In this document: positions 13,330-27,373 of the stretch, in pieces
Layout: the number at the start of each line of letters is the position of its first letter
Numbering within the stretch: the first letter of the stretch is position 1
Source of the DNA: Schmidtea polychroa
Lineage: Eukaryota
Direction: 5' to 3'
DNA: 60,000 bases
NCBI GenBank assembly: GCA_044892525.1
Contig: CM097885.1
Location: forward strand, 33,234,001-33,294,000
Notes under the pieces: model-generated
The model's database searches: none
Told to the model about the DNA's origin: nothing
Seen by the model: the letters and a program-made list of their open reading frames with translations, nothing else
Made by a program: the position numbers and the translations under genes

Positions 13330-14599
13330 ACCACCTACCCATTAACTAACAACTAAGTACTAACAACCAGCTAACAACTAGATACCAAGTACATCAACCA
13401 GCTACTAAGCATTATCAACCTACAACTATATAACAACAATCAGTAAACACTGTACCAACTACCAAATACAAGATACCAAGTACCAACAATCAACTAACAA
13501 CACATAAAAATAATAGCAATTAAATACAAAATATTCTTCATCGCATACACTATTTTCTTATCAAATTCTAAAAAGTCAACCAACTACTTACAACCAACAA
13601 CTATGTACTAACAAATTGATTTTTAAAAGCAAATACTCTTCACTTGAAAAATTGGATGAAAAATTAATTGAACTCAAGGCATCAATAACTAGGTAAAAAT
13701 TGATTAAATTATTGTAAAAAATTTAAATTATTCGAAATAAATATCATAAAAATTTAATTAATGGACAAGAAAAAATTCTAGTCATCCAGTAAATAAAAAA
13801 ACTACTGATCATTCAAGTTGAATCAACTAAGATAATAAATTAATAAGATAAGATCTAGTAGATAATTGATTTAGATTGAATAAATTAATTGAAATAAAAT
13901 TAATTTTAAGTATTTTTTTAAAAGTAATACATGTACTCAAATTGATTGACTGATTTCTCAATATATTCAAAAAATCAGTATAAATTCATTACAATTATCA
14001 AAGTCAGCAATCTACAATAAAAATAATTATCATTAAATTCCAAAAGAGACTAGATAGCTAATGATAACATCTAACAAACCAGTAAATTTATTTAAATGAC
14101 AATAATTGGTATATCCAAGTGAATTCTCCAATAAAATCATCTAAAAAGCATCAAATTTCCCTGAAATATCTATATCTTTTAAGATTAGTATCTTATCGAT
14201 AAGTACTTGTTAAAGATCATATATTCACCTCAAACTAACAAGATTCCTTAAAATCCCTTAAATGACTATATTTCAACCCTTAATTCATATTATTACAAAT
14301 ATTTCACTAAAATCATCTAAAAAGCATCAAATTTTCCTGAAATAATTCTATCTTTAAAGATTAGTATTTTATCGATAAATATCCTTAAAAGGTTATATAT
14401 TTCCCTCAGACTAATAAGATTGCTTAAAATCCCTTTAAATGACTATAATTCTAGCTTTAATTCCTATTATCACGAATATTATAAAACATGTAAAATAATT
14501 TGATCATTAACACTAAATAATTTATAAAATCTAATGATAAAAGCAGTTATAATTAAATTTTTATTCTAAACATAAATCACTCTATTTGAAATTTACAAT

Positions 14600-15720
14600 A
14601 ATTATTACTGTACAATATAACTGACTAGGTCCCATTGAAAGATTAAATTTATCCATTCAATAAAATATATTTCTTCAAATGATCATTTTTACCGATATTC
14701 AACCGATTTAATTACTAATTAAAATCACCCGATAGATTTCTTTCAATAAAGATCAATTTTATTTAGTTGTTGTCGATGTTTTAAGCCCATATTCTTCAAC
14801 TTTTGTCATTCTCCGCCTAAATAAAGATAAAAATAAATTAAAGTTGATATCAATCCCAATTATCTGTAAAGTTTTCATTGTCAAAACCAAGTAAATCGAT
14901 CATTATCTCTACTTAATAAACCATAAATCTAAATTAATATACAATGGATTAATCACAACCTAATAAAACGATATAATTATTATTGATTCATAACTGACTA
15001 ATGTATTGCAATTTCCTTAAAAACATTGATATTTTACCAACATCACCCTTAAAAAATCATATATTCCCATCTTAACCCATTCCTCATTAAATTTAACCGA
15101 CTATATCTCCCTTACAATGGTATATTCCCATCTTAACCGATCTTTCATTACATTTAACCGACTATATCCCCTTAAAAGATCATATTTTCCCCATCTTATC
15201 CGATCTCTCATTAAATCTAACCAACAATATCCCATCTTAACCAATCTCTCACCAAATATTTCTACCCCTTTAAACATCTAACCGAATATATCCTTCAATT
15301 CTACCCACTTGAATCCTCCTTTAATTCAATTCAGTCTTAAAATCTTTAAAGAACTTCAAAAATATGACTTAATTGTTATAGACACCAAATATTCTTCCAT
15401 TGAAATAATTTAGTAGCTATGTAGTAAGAGTTCACTAAAAGATCAAAAATCAATATTTTCTACAAATATTTACCATCAAATACTGGAGATGATATATATT
15501 GATTGATCATAATTCTTCATCGATTCAGCCAATCATTTTCAAGCAATAACAGCAAACTAAATTTCTTTATATCCTACAATAATTATCACGTAAATTTAAA
15601 GTCCCTGATAAAGTTAACTGGTTTCTTAGCTTATGTTTTTAAAGATCATCAATGTGTAAATATTCTTAGAAAATTATTGAAAAAAATTATCTAGTCAAAT
15701 ATATTACAAAGTTATCATCA
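14600..15720 (-). pseudogene. heavily decayed gene with ~60-nt internal repeats, shared by elements A and B
   Basis: Colinear homology with ~37650-38620 (e.g. TGTCAAAACCAAGTAAAT, CCATTGAAATAATTTAGTAGCT) and ~20-codon repeats at 15050-15290. No intact ORF remains. Confidence 0.4.
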
Positions 15721-16330
15721 AAAATTTATTCTATCACTTAATTATTAACCTAATTGTCAATGAAATTAATTTTTATTTTAAAACTATTCAATAAAATACA
15801 ACTAATTATCAAGAAATTAATTAAATTTAATTAAATTTATCACCATTAAAACTTTTAATCAGTCAACATGAAATTCTTAGAAAATTATTCAATATGCTCA
15901 TCAAAATTTATCCTATCACTTGATTATTGTACAAACTTTAATTATTAACCTCATTAAAAATAAATTTTTATTTAAAATTAAAAAACCAATCAATAAAAAT
16001 ACATTCAATTATCAAGAAATTAATTAAATTTACCTTAGAATTAGCATTAAATTACAGATATTCACAAAAAATTACGGAAATTCATGAAAATAATAGAAAT
16101 TCACAAAAATAATGGAAATTCACAAAATTGATAAAAAATCACAAAAATGATAGAAAATTACAAAAAATGATAGAAATTCATAAAAATGATAGAAATTCAT
16201 AAAAATGATAGAAATCCGCAAAAATGATAGAAATTTACTTGAATATTTACTAAAACCATCAACTCTAAAAATTATCAATGAATGCCTTAAACAAATTTGC
16301 CTAATTAATCATTCAAATAAAAGCATTAAA

Positions 16331-16437
16331 TACCTTTACGACTAATACCCTTGCGACATGTTGAATGTGAGTAGTACCCTTGTGAGCAATACCCATAGGG
16401 GGACAGAATATTTTGTCGGATAAACTCAGAGTATATA
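16331..16437 (+). promoter_or_regulatory. conserved Polinton-associated module
   Basis: TACCCTTG...TACCCATAGGGGGACAGAATATTTTGTCGGATAAACTCAGAGTATATA. Confidence 0.6.
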
Positions 16438-16605
16438 TTAATTAACTCATTCAAATTTTTCATTGAATTAGTAAAATTATCATAATTTCGATAAAAATTC
16501 TAAAGTGGTAAGCAATGTAAAGAGAATTATTCTTTAAACTTTGATAAAATTAACAATGAAGGTGGTAAGAATCATCATTAAAGTGAGGAAATTATTCATT
16601 ACTCG

Positions 16606-19600
16606 TAGTACCTGGTTGTTGTTGGTTGTTAGTATTTGGTAGCTAGTTGGTTGCATGTAGAGTGTCTGTCTCGAGATTTCTCGCGAGAAATTTCTCGCTA
16701 GAATGGTATTTTTTTTTAACTTCTCGTCTCGCCGAGACATTATGGTACTTCTCGACGAGACAAGAATAAAAAATTTATAATTTTTTTAAAATTTAGTTGC
16801 TAGGTATTCTTTTTTTTTGTGAGAGATAATTTGCTATGAGAAAAATTAAAAAAAAGGTTTTTTTTGAATCTAATTGCATTGCTTTTTTTGTGATTATTGT
16901 GTTTCCATGATTTTCTTTAACATGCAAAATGAATGTTTTGTTATGTTAGTTTGATTTCGTAAAGACACTGATTATTATATTTCAAAAATATTTCGAAAAT
17001 AAAAGAAGGTATATTTTTCAAATAACACTGAATTAATAAATTATTACAACTTCTTAACGAAATTTTTTACTTGTAGATTCAAAATTTAAAATTAGACTTC
17101 CCAATAATGGAATCAGAATCATGGAAACATTACAAAAAAAATGAAAAAGGCGAATATGCAGTATGCAATTACTGCACAAACAAAATATCCATTAAAGGAT
17201 CATCAACAACTGGTTTAATACGTCATTTAAAGACGAAACATAGTATATCAATTAAGACCAAAAATACCTTACACCAAGAGAATGAAACCGAAGAAAATCT
17301 TCCTGCCAAAAAGCCAAAATTTCAATCATCTATATTTAAATTTGTAAAACGAGCATCTTTAGCTCAAATTATTTCGCGATTAGTTGCAAAGGATGGAATA
17401 TCTTTTCGTGCCATCAGTAATAGTAGCTTCATCCGACAATCAATTACTGAGCGGGGCTATACGCTACCAAAACATCAATCCGATATTCAAAAACTTGTCA
17501 GAGATTATTATTATGAAATAAAAAGTCATATATGCGATGAAATCAATGTATTAAAAACCAGCAACACCAAATTCAGCATCACAACAGACGAATGGACTAG
17601 TACAAGAAACCGGCGGTATATGAACATTAATCTACACTACAGTGATGGTAAATTTTGTAATTTAGGACTTGCAAGAATAGATGGCTCTTGTCCAAGTGAA
17701 AAGGCTGTAGAAATGGTTAAAAATAGATTGCGTGATTTTGGACTAAGCTTTTCGGACATAGTTAGTTGCACAAGTGATGGTGCAGTTGTTATGGTAAAGT
17801 TTGGTAAATTGATTCCGTCATACCATCAACTTTGCTACAACCATGGTGTTCACTTGGCTATTTTAGACGTTCTGTATAAGAAACCTGTCGAATATTTACC
17901 ACAAATTGACTCTTATTTATCTTCCTCGGACTCTGAACTTTCTGATGAAAGCACATATTTTGAAGATTACAACATACAAGTACCAAATATTAATAGTGAC
18001 ATTAATATTATTTTAAATCGTTTGAGGAAAATCGTGAAATATTTTAAACTATAACCAACAAAAAATTCTATTCTGCAAAATAAAATAAAAGAAAAGCATG
18101 GGAAAGAACTTTCATTATTGTTCGATTGCCGAACTAGATGGAACACTATTGTAGTGATGATTGAGAGATATTTGAAAATTAAAGAAAGTGTTAATGATAC
18201 GTTAAAGTTTTTAAATATTGAAAATTATATTATTGAAGAAAATGATATCACTATTTTGGAAAATTTAATGAATATTTTAAAGCCAGTTAAATTAACTGTT
18301 GAAGCACTCGGTAAAGAAGATTCAAATTTATTAACTAGCGAAGGTATTTTCCAGTTCCTATTCGAAACTATAAATGAAAATAGAAGTAGTCTGGCTAAAG
18401 AACTTCTTTCTGCATTAAAAAAAGATTTAACGCAAGAAGAAATAAGCAAATAGTATCAGTTATACAATTCTTACAGAATCCACAAATATTAAAATCAAAT
18501 ATTTCCTTTGAAGAGCTAAACTTGTGTTCTAAAACCGAAATTTTAAAAACAATAAAAGATATTATGAACAAGCACTTTCAAAAGGATGTTAACTCTGAAG
18601 AAGAACAAAATTGCAGCGAAATAACAACAGTAGCAACAGGAATAAGTCAGCCGCAAAGTACAACACTTTTGGATAAATTACAACAAAACGTAGCATCTCG
18701 GTTCAAGACAATGCCGATAAATGAGGATATAAACAAATCCCTGACTAAAGAATTTAATTAATATGAGTTAAATGGGATTATTTCGGGCAATTTGAAGAAT
18801 ATTTTGGAAGCGTTAAAAACAATTAAGCCAACATCGACCGAGAGTGAGAGAGTTCTGGTTGATGTTGGTTGTATGTACTTGGTAGTTGGTAATTAATGCT
18901 TAGTACCTGGTGGATGTTGGTTGTATGTACTTGGTAGGTGGTTGTAGGTACTTAGTAGTTGGTATCAGGTAACTGGTTGTTAGTAACTAGTTGTAGGTTG
19001 ATAAGGCTTAGTACCTGGTTGTTGACGGTTGTTAGTACATGGTATCTAGTTGTTAGCTGGTTGTTAGTACTTAGTAGCTAGTTAATGGGTAGGTGGGGGT
19101 TGAGAGTTAGTTAGTACGTGGTATCTAGTTGTTAGCTGGTTGTTAGTACTTAGTAGCTAGTTAATGGGTAGGTGGGGGTTGAGAGTTAGTTAGTACGTGG
19201 TATCTAGTTGTAAGTACTTGGTAGCAGGTAACTGGTTGTTAATATCTAGTTGTAAGTATCTGGTTGATGTTGGTTGTAGGTACTTAGTAGTTGGTTGTAG
19301 GTACTTAGTAGTTGGTAATTAATGCTTAGTACCTGGTTGTTGTTGGTTGTTAGTACTTGTTAGGTGGTTGTTGGTAATTATTGCTTAGTACCTGGTTGTT
19401 GTGGGTTGTTAGTACTTGGTAGGTGGTTGTAAGTACTTGGTATCAGGTAACTGGTTGTTAATAACTAGTTGTAGGTATCTGGTTGTAACTACATGTTCGT
19501 AACTTACTGGTTGTTGGTACTAAGTTGTTGGTTTGTTGTTGAATTATTATTCAAATTTGTCATTGAAAAATATTTCATAAAAATTTCCATTAAAAATTAA

Positions 19601-21264
19601 CTTAAAAAATTATTCCATAAAAATTTCCATTAAAAATTATCTTAAAAAATATTTCATTAAAATTTCTATTAAAAATTACTTAAAAAATTATTTCATAAAA
19701 ATTTTCATTAAAAAATTTCAATTCTCAAACACCTTCTATTTTTTGTTAATAAATTTTAAAATCTTACTTTAATTTACTTATTACATTACTCATTTTTAAA
19801 TTATAACTTTAATTTACTTATTTAAAATTTTTTACCATTGATTACTTAATTTAAAAATTTGGACCATACTTTACTTTAATTTAATTTTTTAGAACCATAA
19901 TTTACATTAATTCAATTTTTAGACCCATAATTTACTTTAATTCAAAAATCTTAGCCCATAATTTACTGTAATTCAATTTTTTAGAACCAATATTTACTAT
20001 AATTGAAAAATTTGGACCATAATTTACTGGAATTTTAAATTTTGAACCATAATTTACTGTAATTGAAAAATTTGGACCATAATTTACTTTAATTTAATTT
20101 TTTGAACCATAATTTACTTTAATTTAATTTTTTTAGAACCATAATTTACTTTAATTTAATTTTTAGAACCAAAATTTACTGTAATTGAAAATTTTTGACC
20201 ATAATTTACTGTAATTGAAAATTTTTGACCATAATTTACTGTAATTGAAAATTTTGGACCATAATTAACTGTAATTTAATTTTTTAGAACCAATATTTAC
20301 TATAATTGAAAAATTTGGACCATAATTTACTGGAATTTTAAATTTTGAACCTTAATTAACTTTAATTCAAAAATATGGACCATAATTTACTGTAATTCAA
20401 TTTTTAGACCCATAATTTACTTTAATTGAAAAATTTGGACCATAATTTACTGGAATTTTAAATTTTGAACCATAATTTACTGTAATTGAAAAATTTGGAC
20501 CATAATTTACTTTAATTTAATTTTTTTAGAACCATAATTTACTTTAATTTAATTTTTAGAACCATTATTTACTGTAATTGAAAATTTTGACCATAATTTA
20601 CTGTAATTGAAAATTTTTGACCATAATTTACTGTAATTGAAAATTTTGGACCATAATTAACTGTAATTTAATTTTTTAGAACCATTATTAACTTTAATTG
20701 AAAAAATTTACCACGTTTTTAGTGTAGACAACCTGTTTCTCAGGACCAAGGAGACCCCCTCACTATAGTCTGATAAATCCTTGGCTTTTTTAGTGGTAGT
20801 CGGATTTTTGTATTGAAAAAATTTTATTTGTATTGAAAATCCCAGGACCATCGAGAGCCCCTCACTATTGTCTGAAAATTCCATGCTTTTTTATTGAGAC
20901 CACCTTTTTCTATTGAAAAAAAATTTTTTGTATTGAAAATCCCAGGACCATCGAGACCCCCTTGCTATAGTGTGAAAATTCCATGCTTTTTTATTGAAGA
21001 CCGCGTTTTTGTATTGAAAAAAATTTTTTTTTGTATTGAAAATCCCAGGACCAAGGAGACCCACCTGAATTGACCTAGAAAAATCCATGCTTTTTTTTTA
21101 TTGAGACCGCCTTTTTCTATTGAAAAATTTTTTTGTATTGAAAATCCCAGGACCATCGAGACCCACTCACTATAGTGTGGAACAATTGCGTAATAAAAAA
21201 TTGGAGCAAAAAAAATCGTGCAGGACGGGGGGGGGTTGCTGCAGCGGGCTCCTAACTACCTACT
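16606..21264 (-). repeat. right inverted arm of element A (~4.7 kb)
   Basis: Reverse complement of 7862-12048 with extra minisatellite units. Confidence 0.95.
16658..18854 (+). mobile_element. 3'-truncated hAT transposon (BED-finger transposase pseudogene) in right arm of A
   Basis: ORFs 17107-18054, 18118-18453 and 18522-18761 are identical in protein to the left-arm copy, with the same stop, frameshift and truncation. Confidence 0.9.
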
Positions 21265-21699
21265 AATTAAGACTTGATTTATTAACCATGTAATCAACAT
21301 GTAAAACAAATATATATGCAAGGTTTTAGTTTTAAACAAGTACTATTAACTTTAGATGAATTGAAAATGTTATTATTAGTTTTAGTAATTAATTAAATAT
21401 TTGATATATTATAAGAAAATAGTTGGAAATAAAATAGTTGTACGAAAATATATGAAGATATCGACTATTTCAATGAAGCCCTTGCCAATATCAAAACTGA
21501 TTTAAAGAAATTCAATACTTGTATTAAAAGAACTTCGAAAAATCTCTCATGTCCTGTTCAATCGGAATTAGAATAATCGAACTCTGCAAACAACTCAATA
21601 ATATTTAAATTTCCATTATTTATTTTGAATAATTTTATAAATTAAATAAATGTATTAAATAAATGATTATCTTTTTTATTAACAAAGACTAATATTATT

Positions 21700-21712
21700 A
21701 TAATTATTATTG

Positions 21713-21768
<56 letters not shown>

Positions 21769-21850
21769 GTTATTATTATTATTACTGTTATTATTATTAT
21801 TATCATTACTATTATTAATATTATTATAAAAATAATATTATTATTATTGA
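21700..21850. repeat. (ATT)n microsatellite
   Basis: Imperfect ATT run. Confidence 0.9.
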
Positions 21851-22512
21851 AAACAATATTATTACAATTTTTTGACTATGAATTTGTAAAGATATCGATG
21901 TTTTTTTTATATTCACGAATTTTCACAGCAATACATATACATGACTAATAAAGAATAACTAACAATTTCATGGTTCATTAAATTTGTTGATTAGGAGTGC
22001 CAGCACGATTATATAAACTTTGAGTTGATCGTCCATAAAACTTTTCAAAATGACCATTGCAATACATTGGATCATCACAACAAACATTTAAGTACACTGA
22101 TAAATACCCTTCAAAATGAGCTATTGATCGCCTAAATAATTTGTCCGGAACTCTCAATAATCAACTTTAAGTTAGCGTTCCCCTACTTTTAGAGTCAATT
22201 TGACCCGCTTAATTTTTATAAAAATTTTAGATTCTTAAAACTTGTTGAACTATCTTTTATTTATTGCCCATTACAGACATGCACGCGTACAGTCAGTTTT
22301 CTACCCCCAAAGTATGTATGTAAATATTAAAAGTATTTAGTATTTATTTGATTCAGCGGTGGCCTTTTTGTAAAGTCTATTTAATTAAACTATATAGTGT
22401 GTTTGTGGGCGAAATCTTATTTAATAAAAAGACTATAGAGATTGTGTGTATTTATTAAAACTTTATAGATTGTGTATTTATTAAAATCATATAGAATGTG
22501 CGTATAATACAC

Positions 22513-22896
22513 TAATTCTTGATCTGCACTGTCTCTTCCTGCCGAGAGGGCATCCTTGGTCGACGAATTGACGACCTGTTGATGACTAGATCTCTTGAAC
22601 TTTCACTGTAGAAAAGAAACTGCATTACGGTCACTTATTTGACAGCGGTCCAGAGTCGATGAAAGCAATGGTGCTACGAAGGTTTTCCTAGCTAGTTTTG
22701 AAGGAGGGTTTGAGAAAACTATTTATGGTTTTTCAACTTCAATTTCATCACTAGAATTAGAATCCCATTCTATTGTTTCATTTATGGCTTTATTAGAATT
22801 TGCTAGTTTATTTATGGCCTTCATCTTTTCAAATCGAAGTTTTTTCCTCTTTTGGATTCTCCATCGTTTCCCATTGATACCATTCATACAATCCTG
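22513..22896 (-). pseudogene. hATm-like transposase fragment
   Basis: The minus strand gives LSSTLDRCQISDRNA and, after a frameshift, DLVINRSSIRRPR. I recall these motifs as typical of hATm (Cc8K15.2-like) transposases. Confidence 0.55.
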
Positions 22897-23021
22897 ACAA
22901 CTCGCAAGGGTATTATTAAACAAAACATACATTTATTTAAACAATAAAATAATTTAACAAGGGTTATGTAAATACAAAGTCATTTTATTATTAACATTAT
23001 TATTTTTATTACAATTAATAT

Positions 23022-23406
<385 letters not shown>

Positions 23407-23751
23407 TTATTATTTTCAAGGTCATTTATTTTTTTCAAGGTCATATTATTATTTTTCAAAATATTATTTATTTTCAAAATAATGTCTTTGTCCCCGCGGT
23501 TTATTTTTGTTTTAATTATATAATAATAATATTTTTACTTTTGTTTTAATTATCGAATACGTAATAATTTAATTTTGTTTAACTCGTTGATTATAGAATA
23601 ATAATATATTTTTATTTTAATTATTGATTACGTAATAATTTAATTTTGTTTAAATCGTTGATTATATAATATATTTTTTGTTTTGAATATTCTTCTTCTT
23701 CTTCTTATTATTATTATTATTACTTTTATTATTATTATTATTATTATTATA

Positions 23752-23895
<144 letters not shown>

Positions 23896-24090
23896 TGCAA
23901 ATATTCATAAAACCTAATTTCTACGTCCATTTCATCCTTTTCAGAATTTTAATAATTTTCAATATTTTCACGGTTTTCAACATTTTTAACTTAACATCGA
24001 ATATTTTTCAAAGTATTATTTTCAAAGAATTATTTTAAAATTATTTTCAAAGTTTATTATTATTATTATTATTTGCGAAGTTCTTATTAT

Positions 24091-24130
24091 TTTTGTCCCC
24101 CTATGGATATTGCTCATTTGGGTAATGGTC
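24091..24130 (-). promoter_or_regulatory. partial conserved module at inner arm boundary of C
   Basis: TTTGTCCCCCTATGGATATTGCTCATTTGGGTAATGGTC. Confidence 0.45.
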
Positions 24131-25554
24131 CTATTGAAGGAATATTGTTATCGGATGGATAAATCTTTCAATGATATTTTGCTAAATTACCTTTGTTAAA
24201 TATTATTTTAAATGACTAAAAAAGAGAAAATTAACCAATATTCTTAAATTATTCACACAAAATATCCATGTTTTGGTTACTCAAAAATCCCAATGTAAAA
24301 ATGTTAACCATATATTTCTCACAAAGATATATTACACCCAATGATCATTAAATTAGAAAAGAATTGTAACCCTATATTTCTAACTAATAAGCACCTTAAT
24401 TGGTTAAATGATAACCAAATGATCATGTTTCTATTATGACTCCTTTTTGACTCGAACAAAGACAGAAATTTACTCCAAATGATAGACTTTCTACCAAATT
24501 ATCAATGAATATATGTTGTTATTAATGATTATGCATTTCTAACTAAATTACCTAAGAATTTTTAACTAATATACATATGCCTTAATTAATATACCCTCGG
24601 GTCTTGCACTAGGCTTTAAAATAAGCTATCGATCGATGAAATAAATGATCATGTTTCTATTATGACTCCTTTTGACTTGAACAAAGACAGAAATTTACTC
24701 CAAATGATAGACTTTCTACCAAAATTATCAATGAATATATGTTGTTATTAATGATTATGCATTTCTAACTAAATTACCTAAGGTTTTTATTGATTAATTT
24801 GTTGTATATTGCATTGATACACCAAAATGTTAGATAATATTTATAAATTAACTAAAAAATACACAAAAATACTATATAACCTAAGAATTCTGTTATGTTT
24901 CTAGTTAAATAATTGGTATATGTATCAACTATATAAAAATTGTTATGAATCCAAGAATATTTTAATTAAATGGTACAACCAAAAACATGGATTTCTAACT
25001 AAATTGGTAAATTTATCTGGAAATATTTTACTTAAGAAATTCCTATATTTAAAATAACCATGTACTTTTCAGTAAATTACCTAAAGATTTGCTATACGGT
25101 ATTATTAAATAAAATAAGAATAAAATTAAAAATAATAATAATATTATGTCAGGGCATGAAAAAATAATATAATTGTTTGACTAATAAATTTGCAATACAA
25201 GCGCATAATTAACAAAGACTTTGCAATAAATGGGCATGATTAACAAAGACAATAGAAATATTATCTTTGCATTTTGTCGAAGATGATTATGGCAGTAAAA
25301 TCAGAGGAGAATCAATGGACAGAAGAAAAGCATCATTATGATTTATAATAATTGTAAATATAATTGTATATATATTTGTATATAATATATAATTGTATAT
25401 ATATTTGTATATAATATATAATTGTATATATATAATTGTAAATTTCCATATATATAAATAACACTATTTCAAAAATTAATACAAATGAATGTGTTTTAAT
25501 CAAAAAGTATTACAATAAAACAATAAATTTATAAAAACAAATTAAAACATTTAT

Positions 25555-25803
25555 TTACGAAACAATAATAACCAAGACCATTGTAACACATAATGTCAAC
25601 TTTAAAATATTGATTAGGGTTTCTTCTACTTTTCGAGCATTTTCATGGTTTTTGCGAAGATCTTTTTCCCATTTTGATGAACTCATGGGTATCCCTTCAT
25701 CATATCTTCAACATTTGGTAGTTGCGCCCAATATATTTAATTACCAAGATGATTTCATATTATTTGATAATTTTTCCCGTCATAATCCATTACCATAATT
25801 CAT
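25555..25803 (-). pseudogene. small decayed ORF with hydrophobic C-terminus
   Basis: Reads ...KWEKDLRKNHENARKVEETLINILKLTLCVTMVLVIIVS*, with the stop overlapping AATAAA. The 5' part is disrupted. Confidence 0.35.
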
Positions 25804-25822
25804 TTGATATAATATTGAGAAC

Positions 25823-26571
25823 TTACATATATATAGTATGATATTCATTAATCTATGTTGAACAAGCTTGGCAATTGTGAACATTCTTCTCGTGACACTT
25901 AGAACAAACAATTACGTGACCACACGTAAATACAAAACAGAAACTTGATTTTCTTTACAAATTGAACAAGTTAAATACCTTTTCTTAACATCGTTCAGTT
26001 TTTCCGTTAGCTTATTTTCAATCAAAGACTTTTGCTATCCATTCATAAATCAATCTACTATATCCCGGTTTCAACCTTAAATATCTGCAACTCCAAAAGT
26101 ATTCATTCAGTGAATCGTTGTTTACCACTATTTTTTCTAAATACATTAAATAACTAGATAACTTCAAAATGCATTTATCATAATTAAATAAATCAAATAT
26201 TCAATAGAGGAATGTTTGAAAATTTTTAAAATATTTATGATTTGCTTATCACTGTAAGTATCATGATTATTTATAAAATCTTCAACTGTATTAAAAAATT
26301 TCAATGAACGCTTATCTTCGGAATAGGTTGGACTTAATTTTTCCTTATTTCTAGTAGGATTTCCTTGCTATAAATGACATATATAAAAAATATTGACAAA
26401 ATAATAAAGTTACCAAATGTGTTTTGTGATTTACACATTCATATTCATACTTGTAGAAATCATCAGTAATAAATAAATTTCTTAATAACTAAATTACTTT
26501 TGTTTTTACATTTATAACGATTGAGAAAGCCAATCAAATTAGAGTTTTTAAAATGTAGAAATTGTAACCAT
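25823..26571 (-). pseudogene. C-terminal RING finger (IAP/C3HC4-type) protein pseudogene in element C
   Basis: Reads TCSICKENQVSVL / FTCGHVIVCSKC...NCQACST*INEYHTIYM*, with a frameshift and an internal stop. There is a putative 46-nt GT-AG intron at 26368-26413. Confidence 0.7.
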
Positions 26572-26626
26572 GGTTTAACCTTCAAATGTCTAAGTAACAT
26601 CATATTGTATAATAATAAGCATGACT

Positions 26627-26699
26627 AGTACCCTTGCAACCTGTTGAGTGTGAGCAGTACCCATAGGGGGACAAAATATTTTGTCGGATAGACTAGGAG

Positions 26700-26707
<8 letters not shown>
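26627..26707 (+). promoter_or_regulatory. conserved Polinton-associated module (perfect GACAAAATATTTTGTC palindrome)
   Basis: TACCCTTGC...TACCCATAGGGGGACAAAATATTTTGTCGGATAGACTAGGAGTATATA. Confidence 0.6.
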
Positions 26708-26783
<76 letters not shown>

Positions 26784-27373
26784 TAATAATAATAATAATA
26801 TACTTTGGAAATAAATAATAAGAAATTTGAAAATAATTTTGAAAATGATAATAATAATATTTTATAAATAAAATAAGAATTTTGAAGAAAATAATAATGA
26901 AAATATTGAAAATCGTGAAAATTATGAAAATGTTAAAAATCATGAAAATATAGAAAATGATGAAAATATTGAAAATTATGTAAACGTTAAAAATTTTGAA
27001 AATGTTCCTGAAAAAAAAAATTATCAAATATTGAAAATGATGAAAAGGTTCCTGAAAATAATCATCAAATATTGAAAATCGTAAATTGATGCAGAAATTA
27101 AGTTTTATGAATATTTAAGTAAATAATAATAATGAAACTTCTAAAATAATAATTAGAACTTTGCAAATAATAATAAAAGAAATAATAATAATAAAAAACA
27201 ATAATATTTATGCAAAGCATGTGCAATAATTATGTCTTTGTTAAAATAGTCAACTTTAGCGTCAAAATAAGTTTTTAAAATATATTTAAATTTCAAAATA
27301 CCGCAACGTAATATATTTGTTGTCCTACCCTTCATTGATTTAAGTTGGTTGGAATTAAATAATAATTATATTA

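Larger units (their letters stand above)
7862..21264. mobile_element. Element A: non-autonomous Polinton/Maverick-like giant inverted-repeat element
   Basis: Ends are AGTAGGTAGTTAGGAGCCCGCTGC / GCAGCGGGCTCCTAACTACCTACT, with 6-bp TSD AATTAA (7856-7861, 21265-21270). Arms are 7862-12048 and 16606-21264. No core Polinton ORFs are present. Confidence 0.85.

Noticed and set aside
21975..22150. Short open minus-strand stretch (PDKLFRRSIAHFEG...)
   Set aside because: No recognisable motif, start codon or splice context
26627..26707. Module as a Helitron 3' end (hairpin + CTAG) or as a tRNA-derived SINE
   Set aside because: CTAG is not conserved across copies (CTCA, CTCG, CTCC, TTAA) and conservation continues past it. 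No A/B box, cloverleaf or TSDs were seen
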